A stretch of 64,000 nucleotides of DNA from Lepidodermella squamata (taxonomy: Eukaryota > Animalia > Gastrotricha): assembly GCA_047495785.1 (NCBI GenBank), contig JBLDXI010000009.1:186001-250000 (forward strand), read 5' to 3'. The notes under the pieces were generated by a model. The model ran no database searches and was not told the DNA's origin. It worked only from the letters and a program-made list of their open reading frames with translations. Shown here in pieces: positions 1 to 12,291 of this stretch (within the stretch, counting starts at the first letter, position 1; every line of letters starts with the position of its first letter). The translations under genes were made by a program, and so were the position numbers.

Positions 1-111
1 TCTCGGCGATAACAGGCAACTCAAACATGCAGCTTCGATTTTGCACATGATAAAAAATCAATCGTTGAATATTGGCGGAAGAAAGTGTCCGTAATGAACG
101 ACTAGCAAATA

Positions 112-2320
112 TCAAATAGCGGCTTCAGGTCGACTAAGGTTCGTCTGACCATTTGTTCCATTGCCAAGAGAGCCGAGAGGAGACGTTACGAATCGGCCAT
201 TACTTTCTGCAAGGAGGCGCAATTGCGATCGCATCAGAGATAACGCTGACGAATTGCCGACAAATGATGAACCAGCCTTAAATGTTTCCGAAATTAATCA
301 ACAGTCTTAAGAATATACTTCAAGCTCACATTCAGCTCACTGGCCGTGCCTGAGTAAGATCGAGTGTTCGAACCCACAGAGGCGGTTACGCTTACCAACT
401 TTACAATTGCACGTGCCCTTTCTAGATATTTTCTATATCTCTGTTCCATTATCAGTGTCTCGTTCTTCCGCCGCGCAATCTCAGCTTTAAGCGACTGGAC
501 CAGCTTAAAATAAACAAGCAAGCTATGTGATGTCAAAAAATTGCGCTAGAATTTACATTGTCTTTGTCAGAATCATCGATAATGCCCGCTTCGAATCCGT
601 CGCCATTATAGTCATCCTTCAGGCTGGGCAGGGTTGGAAGTGTTTCGTAACTAGCTGTAGTTGATTCAGCTGCGGCAAGTCTCAGCTTTGCGTTTTCATC
701 GACCAAAGATCGATTTTGAGAGAGTGCATTCATCAGTTGCTCACGGGTTTCAGCCAACTTGGCAGTGGCTTCTTCAAATTGGCGCTGGAGCAAATCAAAC
801 CTTAAGCTTGAACCAACACCATCGTCATCTGACAGCATATAAAACATTTTCAAGTTACTTGTGAGATCTTCCATCAATAAAACAAACCCAGCAACTGCTT
901 TTCCGTGTTAGGAGTGGAGCCATCTGAGTTAACATCGTTTACGCCAGAGCGTCGCTTCGAAACTGAACGCAGCCTATTAAGTTGGTCCTGTAATGATGCA
1001 TTCTCGTTCAGAACAGTTTGCAAGCGTTCTTCGACAGTTCGCAGTTTACGCTGAGCAGCACTCGACTGCTCAACTTTGCGCTGCAGTTGCTCTATTTGAG
1101 ACTCGGCAATCGATAAGCGCTCGACGGCGTGCTGAAGATTCAGCTTATAGTCATTAATATTAAACCATAAAGCGAAATTACCCTGGCGACGTCAAGCTCG
1201 TCTCTCAGCCGTTTTACTTCACGGCTGGCAGTAGCCAATTCCGTCACACGAGCTCGCAACTGAGCCGCCTCATGCTCGGCTGCTTCGGCTTTTTGCCTCC
1301 ACTCATCTCTAGCTGTATCAATTTTTTCCAGCTCATCGCGCAATCTTTCGTTTTCATCTAGGACGGAACTTCGTTGCCGCGCCATTTCCCTGAGTGAGTG
1401 TAAAATATTTCGTTTCAACGCGCATGTGTGAGTAGGAAATTGAGCTTACCCCGAAGCAGATTCAACTTTCTGAAGCTCATCCTCCAGGTCGCCTTTAATT
1501 CTTGCAGAAACTACTGATTCAGTTCTAATTCGCATTGAACTCAGCTCCATTTCTAGACGTTTCACTTTTTCTGCCAATTCATCACGGCCTTGTAAAGCTG
1601 ATTGTAACTGGATACGCAAATTCTGTTCCATTCATAGATTTTATAGGTAATAAAATATCTTCATATTATTTGACGTCGTGCGTTACCTTTGTGTCATCAG
1701 CGTTACTTTCGACCACGATCGGACGCACCGGTTCGTCGACAGCGTCACTATGGTCATCTGTGCGTTCCAACACCTGAATCAACACAAGACCGATTAATCA
1801 TAACCAAAATGTACAAATATTGGGAATGTATGCATACCAATTTCACCGCCTCCATCACGCCAGCTTGAATGTCGGTTTCTAGGTTTAAAATAGCTTCAAT
1901 AAAGTGTTGCCGTCTGGAACAGCTGACAGCACATCCCACAGTGAGCTGTAAAAATCGATACACTGATTCGACAACCGGAGCCGTTCCATCGCTAGACGAG
2001 GGCTGATATTCAGCTAAAACTTTCAAATCTGGAATCAAATTCGAGGATGTAATTGCCGAGCCAGTGACTTCAAGATAGAAATCCTGAAGGCGAGACATTA
2101 CTCGCTGTAGATTGGCCATCTTTAATCTCCAAGAATGGCCGCAATCTTGGACAAAGCCATCCAGCCATATCGGAGAAAAGAAAACCGGATCGATTTCGTG
2201 CAGAATTTCGGCAAAAGCTATTCCGTCAACGAAGTCAAGTGCGCTTTGATGAGGAGCCTCGATTTTGAAGATTTGAACCCAAGAAAGAAGGGTATCGATT
2301 ATGGCCACACTTGAAGACAT
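112..2320 (-). CDS. HOOK: Hook-family dynein adaptor (multi-exon)
   Basis: N-terminal Hook domain (LLSWVQIF..DGIAFAEILHEIDPVFF..W..WRLKMANLQRV..LQLTVGCAVSC..FIEAILNLETDIQAGVMEAV), coiled-coil exons (LRDELDVAR), and MEQRYRKYLERARAIV typical of Hook C-termini. ATG at 2320. The 3' end (TGA 112-114) is inferred from a phase-0 splice and is less certain. Confidence 0.85.
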
Positions 2321-2983
2321 CAATTGATTTTCAAGAGTAAATAAGAGCAGCCAGCTACTAGAATCATAATAAAAATAAGTTCGAGTAAATTCGTGTAAGA
2401 CGCTTCATGAAGACGCTGAAAGCTGAAGTGACAACAACCTGTGCAAGTCCCAACTGCCCAAATGAAACATGATGAATCATAGATTATTGTGAGTATCATG
2501 ATATGAGAACTTTAAAATGTCAATACTAAGCTGAGAACAGAGGACGCGAAGATACATGAAAGTTCCACATAAAGCCTGGCCTCGCTCTTTTATACTGACC
2601 TCAGCGCTTTTCATTTTTCCCAAATCGCCTTTTAGCCTTTGGTCTTCCAGTAACGAATCTGCGGGTCTCTGGTTTTGCCTGAGCCACTCGAGCTATGATA
2701 TGCTGAGCTCTGCCTGGCTTTTTCAAAGCATTATCATTCGAGCCAGTTTCGACAAGGATGTCAGATGTCACACACAGTATCTGGGTTGTCTCAGTCACCT
2801 GTGAAAAACTAAATAAAAACATTATTTCCGTCCATCTGTGAGGTGTTTCAAATTTGCGGAAGTTGTATTTTGATATTTATATATTGATAAAATATAAATC
2901 TACAAAAAATCATTTACTGCAAAGATTATATAAATATTTATTTGGTTGCTATGGCAAAAGAGGCCTTGCCATTTGCATGCTGT

Positions 2984-3527
2984 TCAGGAATCGGCAGCCT
3001 CCGGCAGCCACGATGCCTTCGAGGATTCCCTCAAGTCAGATAGTAAAATAAAATGCCTTAATTTTACCAATCGAAATAGGAAATATGTATGAGACCCGTC
3101 ACCCGTCAAGTGATTTCGGCCCCAATCGGTTTTTCCTGCCTGATAAAACTGAGAAGCTGCGCAATAATGACAGTGCATCAGGCATTGTCCTGTCAAATGC
3201 CCGGGGAGATAAAGATGATAAAAAGTCACCCCAGGAGTCTGGTACAACCGAATCAAAACGTATTAATAATAGTAATAATTACTATCGTTTTGATCGCCAT
3301 CAAGTCGTTGCGTTGGCACCATCAGAGTACTAAACCTGGTTTTGTATTCAGGCGATAATTTAACAGAGATTTCTTGTTCAAAATGGGATGGCCATGTTTT
3401 TACTCTGCTTCTGGAGATCATTGAATAGTCTATTCTATAATTCATAAATTAGGTGCTTGTTGTCAATTATGAGCTACATTTTGTCGAATTGCTCAGTGAA
3501 TGACATGTCCCTAGATGCTTCTTCCAT
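2984..3527 (-). CDS. Candidate 4-exon orphan gene, 136 aa
   Basis: Exons 3527-3478, 3434-3283, 3238-3103, 3056-2984, joined by GT-AG introns of 43, 44 and 46 bp, give one open frame (MEEASRDMSFTEQFDKIIDYSMISRS...WLPEAADS*). No family recognised. Confidence 0.55.
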
Positions 3528-3848
3528 GGAATTTCCTCTTTCGCCAATTCATACACAACTTGAGAAAATGACTGACTTCTCAATTATTGTTAATTGAGAG
3601 ATAACACCACCGTTGAGCTCCTTGATATTGATCTGAAGGCGTTAGATGTTCCATTTATCCTACACAAACATCCTACAACTTGGTAACACGACCATAGCAG
3701 ATACAAGAGTTTATTTCTGCTTGTTTTGCTTGATATATATAACGTTGGAACGTTTTTTTCTTTTCCTGTAAGCAAATCGCAAGAAATAATCAAAATGATG
3801 TAACGTAAAGTAGAATTATCATGATATGTTTTTAGATAATTTTAAAGG

Positions 3849-6800
3849 ATGATGGCCACTGAAGTGATAACCGAAGTGGGCAGTCAGTCATTAATAGAAA
3901 AATGGAATCACAAAAAAGTAGCCAATCATCTACTTGATGCCAGTAAGTTGGAATTGCATGCACTTGAGGTTCTTTAAATTGCATTTCCTCTCAATTTACA
4001 GAGCTATTCAACAGATTAGGATCAAACGATGTATTTTCGATCAATCCGACTTCCGTACATTTCGCCGGATTTTCCGTGGGGAAGACAATTTCGAAAACTT
4101 TCGAAGTTGTCAACAAATCAGAATTAATTCAACGGCTTCACCTGATTCCCCCACAATCTCAAAACTTCAAAATATTCTACACCAAGCAGGTAATTTGTTT
4201 ATATTCTAATAATTTTCCATGTAAATGGCATGTTGGTTTTTAGGAGAGATTTGCTCCAGGCTGTACATTGAAGTGTCGAATAGAGTTCTCACCTCAAGGT
4301 TAGTGAAACGTTTATCTGCTTCGAAGGATGTTTCCTTACTGCTCTCGATTTTCAGAATGGAAATACTATTATGACTGTGTCAGACTGCATTGTCCGGTAG
4401 GCCAATTTTATTTCTTAAGAAACTTTATGTCGAATCAACCGTCTCAGGATGAAGAAAATTTGATAATTCCGATTCACGCATACCCTGTTGTTGACACATC
4501 TGCTTTCCCAAGTGTTCTCACGTTCCGAGGAGTAACTATTGGAGAAAGGTTGGTGATTATTGCTCTATGAATTGCGATTAATCCGATTACTGTTAAACAT
4601 TAGCGTTACCAAATATATTCCATTACGCTCCCATGTTCCTGTCGATTTCCATTTTTCATTGAAGTTATTACAAAAAACACCGTCTTTCACGGTTTCGCCA
4701 TTAAAAGGTAGCCGATATATTTTGAGACGTTTTAGCGGAATATAAATTTTACATTTTTATCCGACTAGGCGTCGTGCCTAAAAATGGAGAAGCATCAATC
4801 TGCGTAACATTTGCGCCTAAGCGTTTCGCCACAGAATCTTTTCACTTTCAATTGGATGTCGCACAGTTTGACTCACCTCGGCTGGTTTGCTTAGTTACAG
4901 GCTCTTGCGAATCGCAGGTTCAGGCTTTGGATCCGAAAAAAGTGGAGAGCGCTTTGGCTAAACTAGTACGCGTAGATCCAGTCGCAATATCTCCTCTAGC
5001 GAGAGCCAGGATGCGTTATATGCAGCAAACGAAAGGCGATCTGAACGATATTTCGAGTACATTGGAATCAGTTGCCGATGGAGTCAACCCTAGCAACCTA
5101 TTCAGGCCAGAAAATGTGGAGGGTCCGGAGTTTTTTGCGATGATTAATTCCCACGCCGCTGTCAGCCGACTGCTACTTCATGATCCATCAAAGATGAAAA
5201 GCAAGGATTTGAAGAAAGGTGAGAGTATATCCGATGCATGCTGATCCTTTAACGTAACTTTCTATGTAGCAATGGCGAGCAAAAGCTCAGACGACAACAG
5301 ACAGGCCAAGGTATGTGAATATTTATTGATAATAGCGAGCTCGCTCGGTAACGAATTATTAACATTTCCTTCAGGCAGCCAGGTTCGAGCAGGAGTTGCG
5401 TCAAGCTGACTACAGAGAACGACAGAACCAATTGATATGGCAAACTACCCTTGGCTCTGAGCCTCTTCGTGAATCTCAAAGGGAAAGAATTCTCAACGAG
5501 CGCCGCAATGCGTGGCGACGATATAATGTATGCCAAGTCTAGATAGCGTTGCATCAATTAACTCCTATTGTTGAATAGGCTCGGCGTGGAGAAGTAACGA
5601 GTTCGATGAAAGACGATTCAAGCTCCAATACGATCATGCGAATTTCATTTAGAAGAACGTATCGGTTGTACACTATGGAACCAGTTATCTCTTTCGGAGC
5701 GCCCACCTTCGATCCATACAATAATGACTTCTGGCGGTTAAAGCTGGAGAGAATAGAGCTTTTCCAACAGGCCTCAAGAGCTGTGTTGATCCGGAAGCGC
5801 GCCGACGGTAAAATAGTTGGGCTGCGAAAGTTGAAGGCTGCCTTTCAAGCCGGTCGGCGCAGTGTCAATCCTGAGGATATACTAGAAAGTTAGTTGAACC
5901 CGATAGGTTTGCTTATCGATTTAATCGAATTAACGAGGCATAAGATCGAGATTTAATCGCTTAATTATTTTCATTATTAACCCTGCACTTTGAAAATTAT
6001 ACCAGCCTACGATGTACTACACCGTCTATGGATTAAAAACGAACCGAGTCTTGAAGACTTTGACGAGCCTGAGTCATTGAATAATATCCGTTCGTTTCGA
6101 TTATTAATTTCTGTGAAAAAAGCTTACCTCGGGCATCGATTGCCTCGCTTGAAGCGCTCAAATATTTATTTTTGCTTATATCTCGTTCTGAATTAGCTTC
6201 GCTTCGTTTTAAACTTAACATATCAGTTTATTTGCGTAATTGAAGTTAGCTGACCAATTTCATATTTTCCCCCAGCAGGCTACTGAAAGCCTTTGATGGA
6301 ATTGTGTCTCGTGATTTTCTCTCTTTCCGGATTTTCCGGGGAGTTAGGTGTTCAAAGTTTTGAATGGCGCATGAAGTAAATCTAGGGCACAATGCCGGTT
6401 CTCAAAATTTGGGTGGTCCGCTGGGGAAAATCCAAACGCGGCCTGCTAACTTCAATCACCTTTCGAGGATATTCTTACTTTTGCTAGCTGAGAAATTTTC
6501 GGCCTGTATAGCCATTCGTTTCACCGTTTAATCGGTTACTGTTTTTTCAGGGAAATCATCGAGCAAGACAATAGATCAGAATTTGTCAGCGGAATCAATA
6601 AAAATCGCTCGGAAGAAATTCGTCAGTGAATCGCCGATCGATGTGAAAGAAAACATTGTAAGGGCACCTGGTATATTTAGCCCGATTGTTCTAGCGTTAT
6701 CATTTGTAGACCGATGTTGCTATCGCGCCGCTAGTTTTCTGGGCATCTTCTGACATCGCGTTCGATCGCAAACCTCTTTTCCACTCGATTAGGGTCACGC

Positions 6801-7754
6801 GTCAATTCCAATTGCTTGGCTTCAACCCTGTCGGTGTATCGAGTCTTGCGTACGCCGCAAAGAACGCACCGGGAAGACTTTACAGAACTGGCGCCGAGGA
6901 CGAGTTGACTACGGCGCCAAGCTTAGCATTAAAGCAGACTAGAGTTGACGCTTACGATCAACAGGAAGGCCAGGAAGATTCCAAAAATGACAGCGTGGTG
7001 ATTGCTCGACTCAGTGTGCCAACTTTCATGCTTGCTAAAAATCAATTTTCGACGGTTAGAATCAATGAAGCGTAAATATTTTTTTTAAATTAATCCTTAT
7101 AGGAACGTTATGCCGGTGGCAGCCTGACGTTTTTTCATCAACCGCTGCCGTATGGTGAAAGCGAGCAGGACGCTCAGTTCTGTCCCACTGCCCGCTATTC
7201 AGCTGTGAACAACCGATTCAAGGGACCCTCAAATGTACTTCACGAGAGGGTAAGGATATATTTCTTTATAAATCCATACGTGATTATAAAATAATTCTCT
7301 GGCAGGATGTTATCAAGGGAATGATGTCCTGGCGCAATTTGCCCGCTGCTGGCCCTTTAGCTACATCTGCTTTACCGTGCTCGACTCAACTGCTTGCTCT
7401 TCGCTTCGCCGATAGCGTCGAACCTAATGATCTGCTTCCAGCACCCCCACCGGTTCTGCTCAGGCGAGCTCCCGACTCAGATAAGGATTTCGCCGGGGAT
7501 TTGTTTGTTATCAGCTTCCTCTATGTTTTTGGCTTCATTTTGATTTTATATTCAAGGGATGGAATTTCCGGTAATGTGGTCGAATTAAGTCCCGACGCTG
7601 TTGCAGCCAAGTTTGAGCTGCTCAAAGTACAGCAAAACAAACCATTGGTTGACAGGTAAGAATAATTTCAAAATAGCAAATAAATTTCTGTCGAATGGGG
7701 TGAATGCATCGCTGCAGAAAGCTCAAAACCTTACATTGCGTCCCATATCATTAG
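3849..7754 (+). CDS. CFAP221: Cilia- and flagella-associated protein 221 (PCDP1; central-pair projection)
   Basis: Spliced peptides VANHLLDA, VHFAGF, EWKYYYDCVRLHC, LIIPIHAYPV, PLPYGESEQDAQFCPTARY, DVIKGMMSWRN and VELSPDAVAAKF match recalled CFAP221 motifs (VPNHLLES, EWRYYYDCIRVHC, LLVPIHAYPV, DIIPGIMHWK). Short GT-AG introns. Confidence 0.9.
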
Positions 7755-7908
7755 CGTCACACCGAAAGGGCAGCTTATGAATGAAATGGCTCACACATGG
7801 GAAAACCTGGGTCGATTTATAAGGAAGACCTAGAGAATAAGACCTAGGTACTACAAACTACAACCAACAGCCAACATGATTCACGAGCTTATGTGGTCAC
7901 TTGAGTTT

Positions 7909-8410
7909 TCATCTTTTTGACGTGAAGCTAACGATAAGAAATATCACCGCAGAAAAAAATAAAGAAGATAGACACGAAACTCTGACCTCTGAACCACATC
8001 TGAGCCGTTCCAAATAAAAATACGATAATGGATAGAATTAAGACCATAGAAATGCTAACAAGAGATAAAAATCCGAAATGCTTGAATCACGTAAAATCAC
8101 CGAATAGGGTTTATTGATAGATTGGGATTCGTTTGGGCTGTCAGAACCAAATTCATCCCCTAAATACGCATTCACCTTGAAATGCGAAGACAGAATGAGC
8201 GACCGAAATGTTTTCGCAGTGTAGTACCTAAGTGCCAAAAAAGTTCCCGCATTCACTCCTTTTGACAATGGCAGAGACTGATAGTGTTAGAAATAGGGTA
8301 ATGATTTTATTGCTAATAACGATATTTACATGTCTAATGAATTTTTCTAAAGCGATGTGCAAGGTAAGACGCATCCACCGTTCAGTTCGCTGCCGGATAT
8401 TTGAGTTCAT
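7909..8410 (-). CDS. Candidate spliced small ORF (114 aa) or 3' part of a decaying gene, copy 1
   Basis: Exons 8410-8330, 8277-8101, 8054-7987, 7927-7909 with GT-AG introns of 52, 46 and 59 bp keep one frame. No homology recognised. Confidence 0.4.
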
Positions 8411-9164
8411 CTTTCATGACTAATTTCTCTGTTGCTATCATGATCATTTATGTTCAAAGATACTAGTTGCGAATCGGGTATGACGCTTCAAAATTAAGCT
8501 CGCGGTTCTTCTCACAATTGATAAAACGCCACTTATGATAAAAAAAAATGTGATCAATATTGTTGATTCCAGTCCATTCAGTCAAATGAAGCAGTTACTG
8601 CGCGTTGTGTAATGGTGCTCACTGAACCATCACTGAACAATTTCACGCCTTCAAATTTTGCATTCTCCATTTGCCATTATTTGATCAATGATCTGTTTAT
8701 AATTACCTATTAACAGGGCAGCAGCAGGCTCTAAAGGCCGAAAAATCCAACCTGAAGCAACGAAACAAGCAAGGGATCAAAATAAAAAGTAATTTGCATT
8801 TTTATTGTCTTTGAGATGTGAGGAAGCTCTAACTCTTCTCTAGATCGGAGCGAGACACGACACTAGCAGAGGAATCAAATCGACCAATTTTTAAAGCCTC
8901 AAACAGAGCTGCACTTTACATCAACTCCTAATGTAGCTCTAACGTTCTAACGAAGATAACCTACCTTGTAATTACGTTATTATATTTTTGCCACATGTTT
9001 TTTCAAGTCAAAGGAATTATTCTGATATCAAAATAAAGTTTGCTATGTAATCAATGTTTCTAATTATTGTTGAGGACTGGATGCAGACACATTGTTTTTT
9101 AAGGCACGGGGCTTCGATTTCGGAAACATCACGGGGCACCTGGATAGCATGCAATAGGTACCTA

Positions 9165-9611
9165 CCGTATTTTACGAATTATAAGACCCTGCCCTGTATT
9201 TTTTTCAAACGAGGTTCAAGTCCTGCCCTGTATTTAGGGTCTGCCCTTTAATTCGGCTCTGCCCTATAATTTTTCGAACCTAATCAGTCACCTGAAAAGT
9301 ACCTATATCAACAGTTAAAACCGCCGAATAACCCCTATAGCTACTGCCTTCCACCTGTGACTACACGCGTGAAGTGTGTACTCATGTAGATTAAGGTGGA
9401 TAAAGGACGATTAGTGCACTTACTGACGAAAAATCGCAACCTATCCAACTTTAACCACTTACGCAGCAGGCGCTCATGTAAGCCACTTCATACAAGGCCC
9501 TGCCTATTAATAAGGTTCTGCCCTTTATTATTTCAAATGACCATTACCCTCTGCCCTTTATTCCGGTTCTGCCCTATAATTGGGTCCTGCCTAATAATTC
9601 GTAAAATACGG
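9165..9611. mobile_element. Non-autonomous Tc1/mariner-pogo-type MITE, copy 1
   Basis: 18-bp perfect TIR CCGTATTTTACGAATTAT, TA on both flanks, multiple subterminal CTGCCCT repeats at both ends, no transposase. Confidence 0.85.
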
Positions 9612-10464
9612 TATATAATATCCCACGGTTTATTCAGATGGCTATATCGGCTATACCACCTGATACATGAGAAGGCTGCGGTTTGCGGTTTTGACTTTAA
9701 TAGCGAAAGATCCAATTCAAACAATAGAGGGCAGGTCTCATTTGTAAGGCTTGACGTCAATAGCAATGAAATAAGGCAGTGCCTTCTAACTTCTAGTTCG
9801 GAATTTACGGTAGGCCTGTTCAACATGTACCTCTTCACGGGGTGCGTCTCATTTATTTAGCAATACCTTCTTTGCTTTCATAATAAAGCATTATATCAGG
9901 CTACGAACCAACCACCGGACGTTGGGGGCTGAGTATCCTGTGTCGTCCATGTGAAGCAAGGTTAGAGGTCTATTGATTCACGTTCCATGAGACCTGAGAT
10001 CGCCTGTAAAATTTGTCTTTTGCGAAAATTTCAAATATAAATAAAGCTGTTGCTTAGAGTGAATCGGCTGGCTTAGAGCTGGGTAGTTGGAGGCCATGGG
10101 CACTTGTTCCGTACGCCAGAGCGCAAATGCGAAAACGGGCTCATGTTGAGCCGCCAACGGATTGAAAGAGAGAAAGAATGCAAAGTGAGTAAAGATCTTT
10201 ATTTCGTCAAAGTAACTTTATAACAATGAATCTTGCCTATTTTGACTCAATAGATGCCGGAGCTTCGCGTTATGCACGAGACATTAAAAGAACAAGGAAG
10301 ATGTGCCTCGTCTCATCCTCACACGGGATAAGATACTTTATCACTAGCTTTTATACAGTAACAGTAAACTATGTGTCCATTTCGAAGAGTTCATCATGAT
10401 TAAATGCGCGAATTTAACCGAGTTCTTCTGGAAAAAACTGTCAAACAGTTTGTACCATGGCAGT

Positions 10465-12291
10465 TCAATTCTTTAGAGCGCCTCCATCACCTTCGGAACA
10501 GAACCTTTTGCGCCCTTTCAAAGGCAGCGAGTCGAAAATTTCTAGAATGACACGAGTTTATAGTAATAAATCGAGCAACAACTGACTTACCACTCTTGTG
10601 TATGTTTAGATCAACGGCTTTCTGGGCGAATTTTTCGATCCAAAACTGGGCTAGCGGCATGTCAATTAGAATGTCATCAGAATCTAACCATAAACACGGT
10701 TACTCGGTCGTGAAAAACATGATACTAAAACGAACCGGCATCGATGCGGCGATAAGCTTGCGCAATCTGGCGTTGCGTGATCACTCCCTCTGCTGTAAGC
10801 TTCGAAATGAGCTTCAAAAAAGCGTCGAGAGCTGTGTCTCTATTTTCGTTAATCAACATGATTAATAACTCGTACACGAGTTCATGGTGGAAATGCGGAA
10901 CATCCATTGCTTTAAGCTGTTTAATGAACTCATCGCAGTCTCCGGCAGCGAGATATTCGCGCAGGATAGCTTCTAACTCGTGGGTCAGGAGCACAACGGG
11001 CCGCGGGCAATATGATGCACCCGAGCCACTGTCGTAACGGCCACGAGAGCTGCGGGGAGACGCTCCAGCCCCTGTGTTGGAATCATTCGATGACTCAGCA
11101 TGCCTGTGTGCGTCGTCATTAGATTCACTGCAGTGTCGAGCGGTTGAAATCCATATGCCGTCTAGTCTGAAAACCATGCGACGGTCGGATAGCAGACCAT
11201 GCGCAACTTTTGCGGCATCGCCGGCTAAGCCCGAATTGTCTGTCTCCAGCAAGTTTTTGACAAATGATTCGGGCAAACATTTGTCTGCGACTGCGCGGGC
11301 CATAAAGCGACCAATCGTTTCCACAGCATCGGGGTTGTCGACAGCCAGGTCTGTAAGGTCGCGCAAAATGGCACTGAACCCAGCCGAAACTAGCTCTGGC
11401 ACTAGAATACCAGCAGCGCATGTATCTGCTAATAGAGCGCTAACTAGTTCACGATGAGCTGGACGATGCTCTAATACAAAACATCATGTTATATGCCCAT
11501 GCCGTAAATCTCGATAATAATACCTAGTGCCATCGTCAAGGCCATGGAGACAATACCGTGAATATAATTTTCAAAATCCCGAGTGTTTTCCAATTCACGC
11601 AGCTCTTCCTAAATTTCGAACGCAGTAATTATTAACGAATTCCAAAGTTTCAAAATATGCAATCTTACTGCAACTTCGTTTACATCGCCAGTTTGAAAAT
11701 ATTCGTTGAGAATATTTTTAACTTCCCGGCGGAAGTCCTCCTCTGATACCACGCGTGGCTCGTCGATAAAACTATCATCCTAAAAGACGACAATCGGCAT
11801 TAGAACTCAGCACCAGCACCAATTGAGAAAGGTAGTACCTGTGCTTCTGAATCGTAATTCGGGTCGCTTTCGTCTAGAGCTGCGCTCGTAGCATAAAGCT
11901 CACATCCCGCCTGGAATAAAGTAGATGAATAATCTTCTTCATAAACAAACTGGTCACACTTGCCTTTCCCCAAACTGTCTTAGATCCTGCGCCACCCTTT
12001 TTCGGATTTCCTAGCAAATTAGTGAAATTTCCTGCGTAAAAACAGGTCAGCTATTATCAAATGTTCGCCCAAAATACCTTTATTCTTCCCCAGTGGTTTG
12101 CGTGAGCGTCTCGAATTTTTCGTCAGCAATCTTTTGGCAACAATATTTTCGGGTTTATTAGCTGCCGCTCGTGCGCTGTTTGACGAAGGTCCGACGATAC
12201 GCAAGCCATTGTCGGCATCAAGCTGAGAGATAAGAGCTTCGGTCGATAATTGCGAGATATCTTGTTTTTCACTTTCTTCCATAGCTGACAT
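10465..12291 (-). CDS. PDCD4: Programmed cell death protein 4 (eIF4A inhibitor, two MA3 domains), copy 1
   Basis: PKKGGAGSKTVWG..DPNYDS, DLAVDNPDA..GRFMARAVAD, VPHFHHELVYE and C-terminal GRKRFCSEGDGG are diagnostic PDCD4 motifs. Confidence 0.95.
11911..11963 (-). other. GC-AG intron in PDCD4 (also at 20105-20157)
   Basis: Donor AAG|GCAAGT and acceptor TTCCAG|. Only this donor keeps the conserved WGK-AG..DPNYD frame; the nearby GT leads to a stop within 3 codons. Confidence 0.8.

Noticed and set aside
2598-2798. Exon-like minus-strand segment with protein-like frames broken by stops, hinting at stop-codon reassignment
   Set aside because: All recognised genes splice into open frames under the standard code and end at TGA, TAG or TAA. 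More likely a UTR exon or noise.
9185-9600. Spaced CTGCCCT repeats resembling a CRISPR-like array
   Set aside because: Short, irregularly spaced and enclosed by TIRs: these are MITE subterminal repeats. Eukaryotic context, no cas genes.
9396-9860. 154-aa + strand ORF (and copy at 17590-18054)
   Set aside because: GTG start, spans the MITE end, no recognisable domain.
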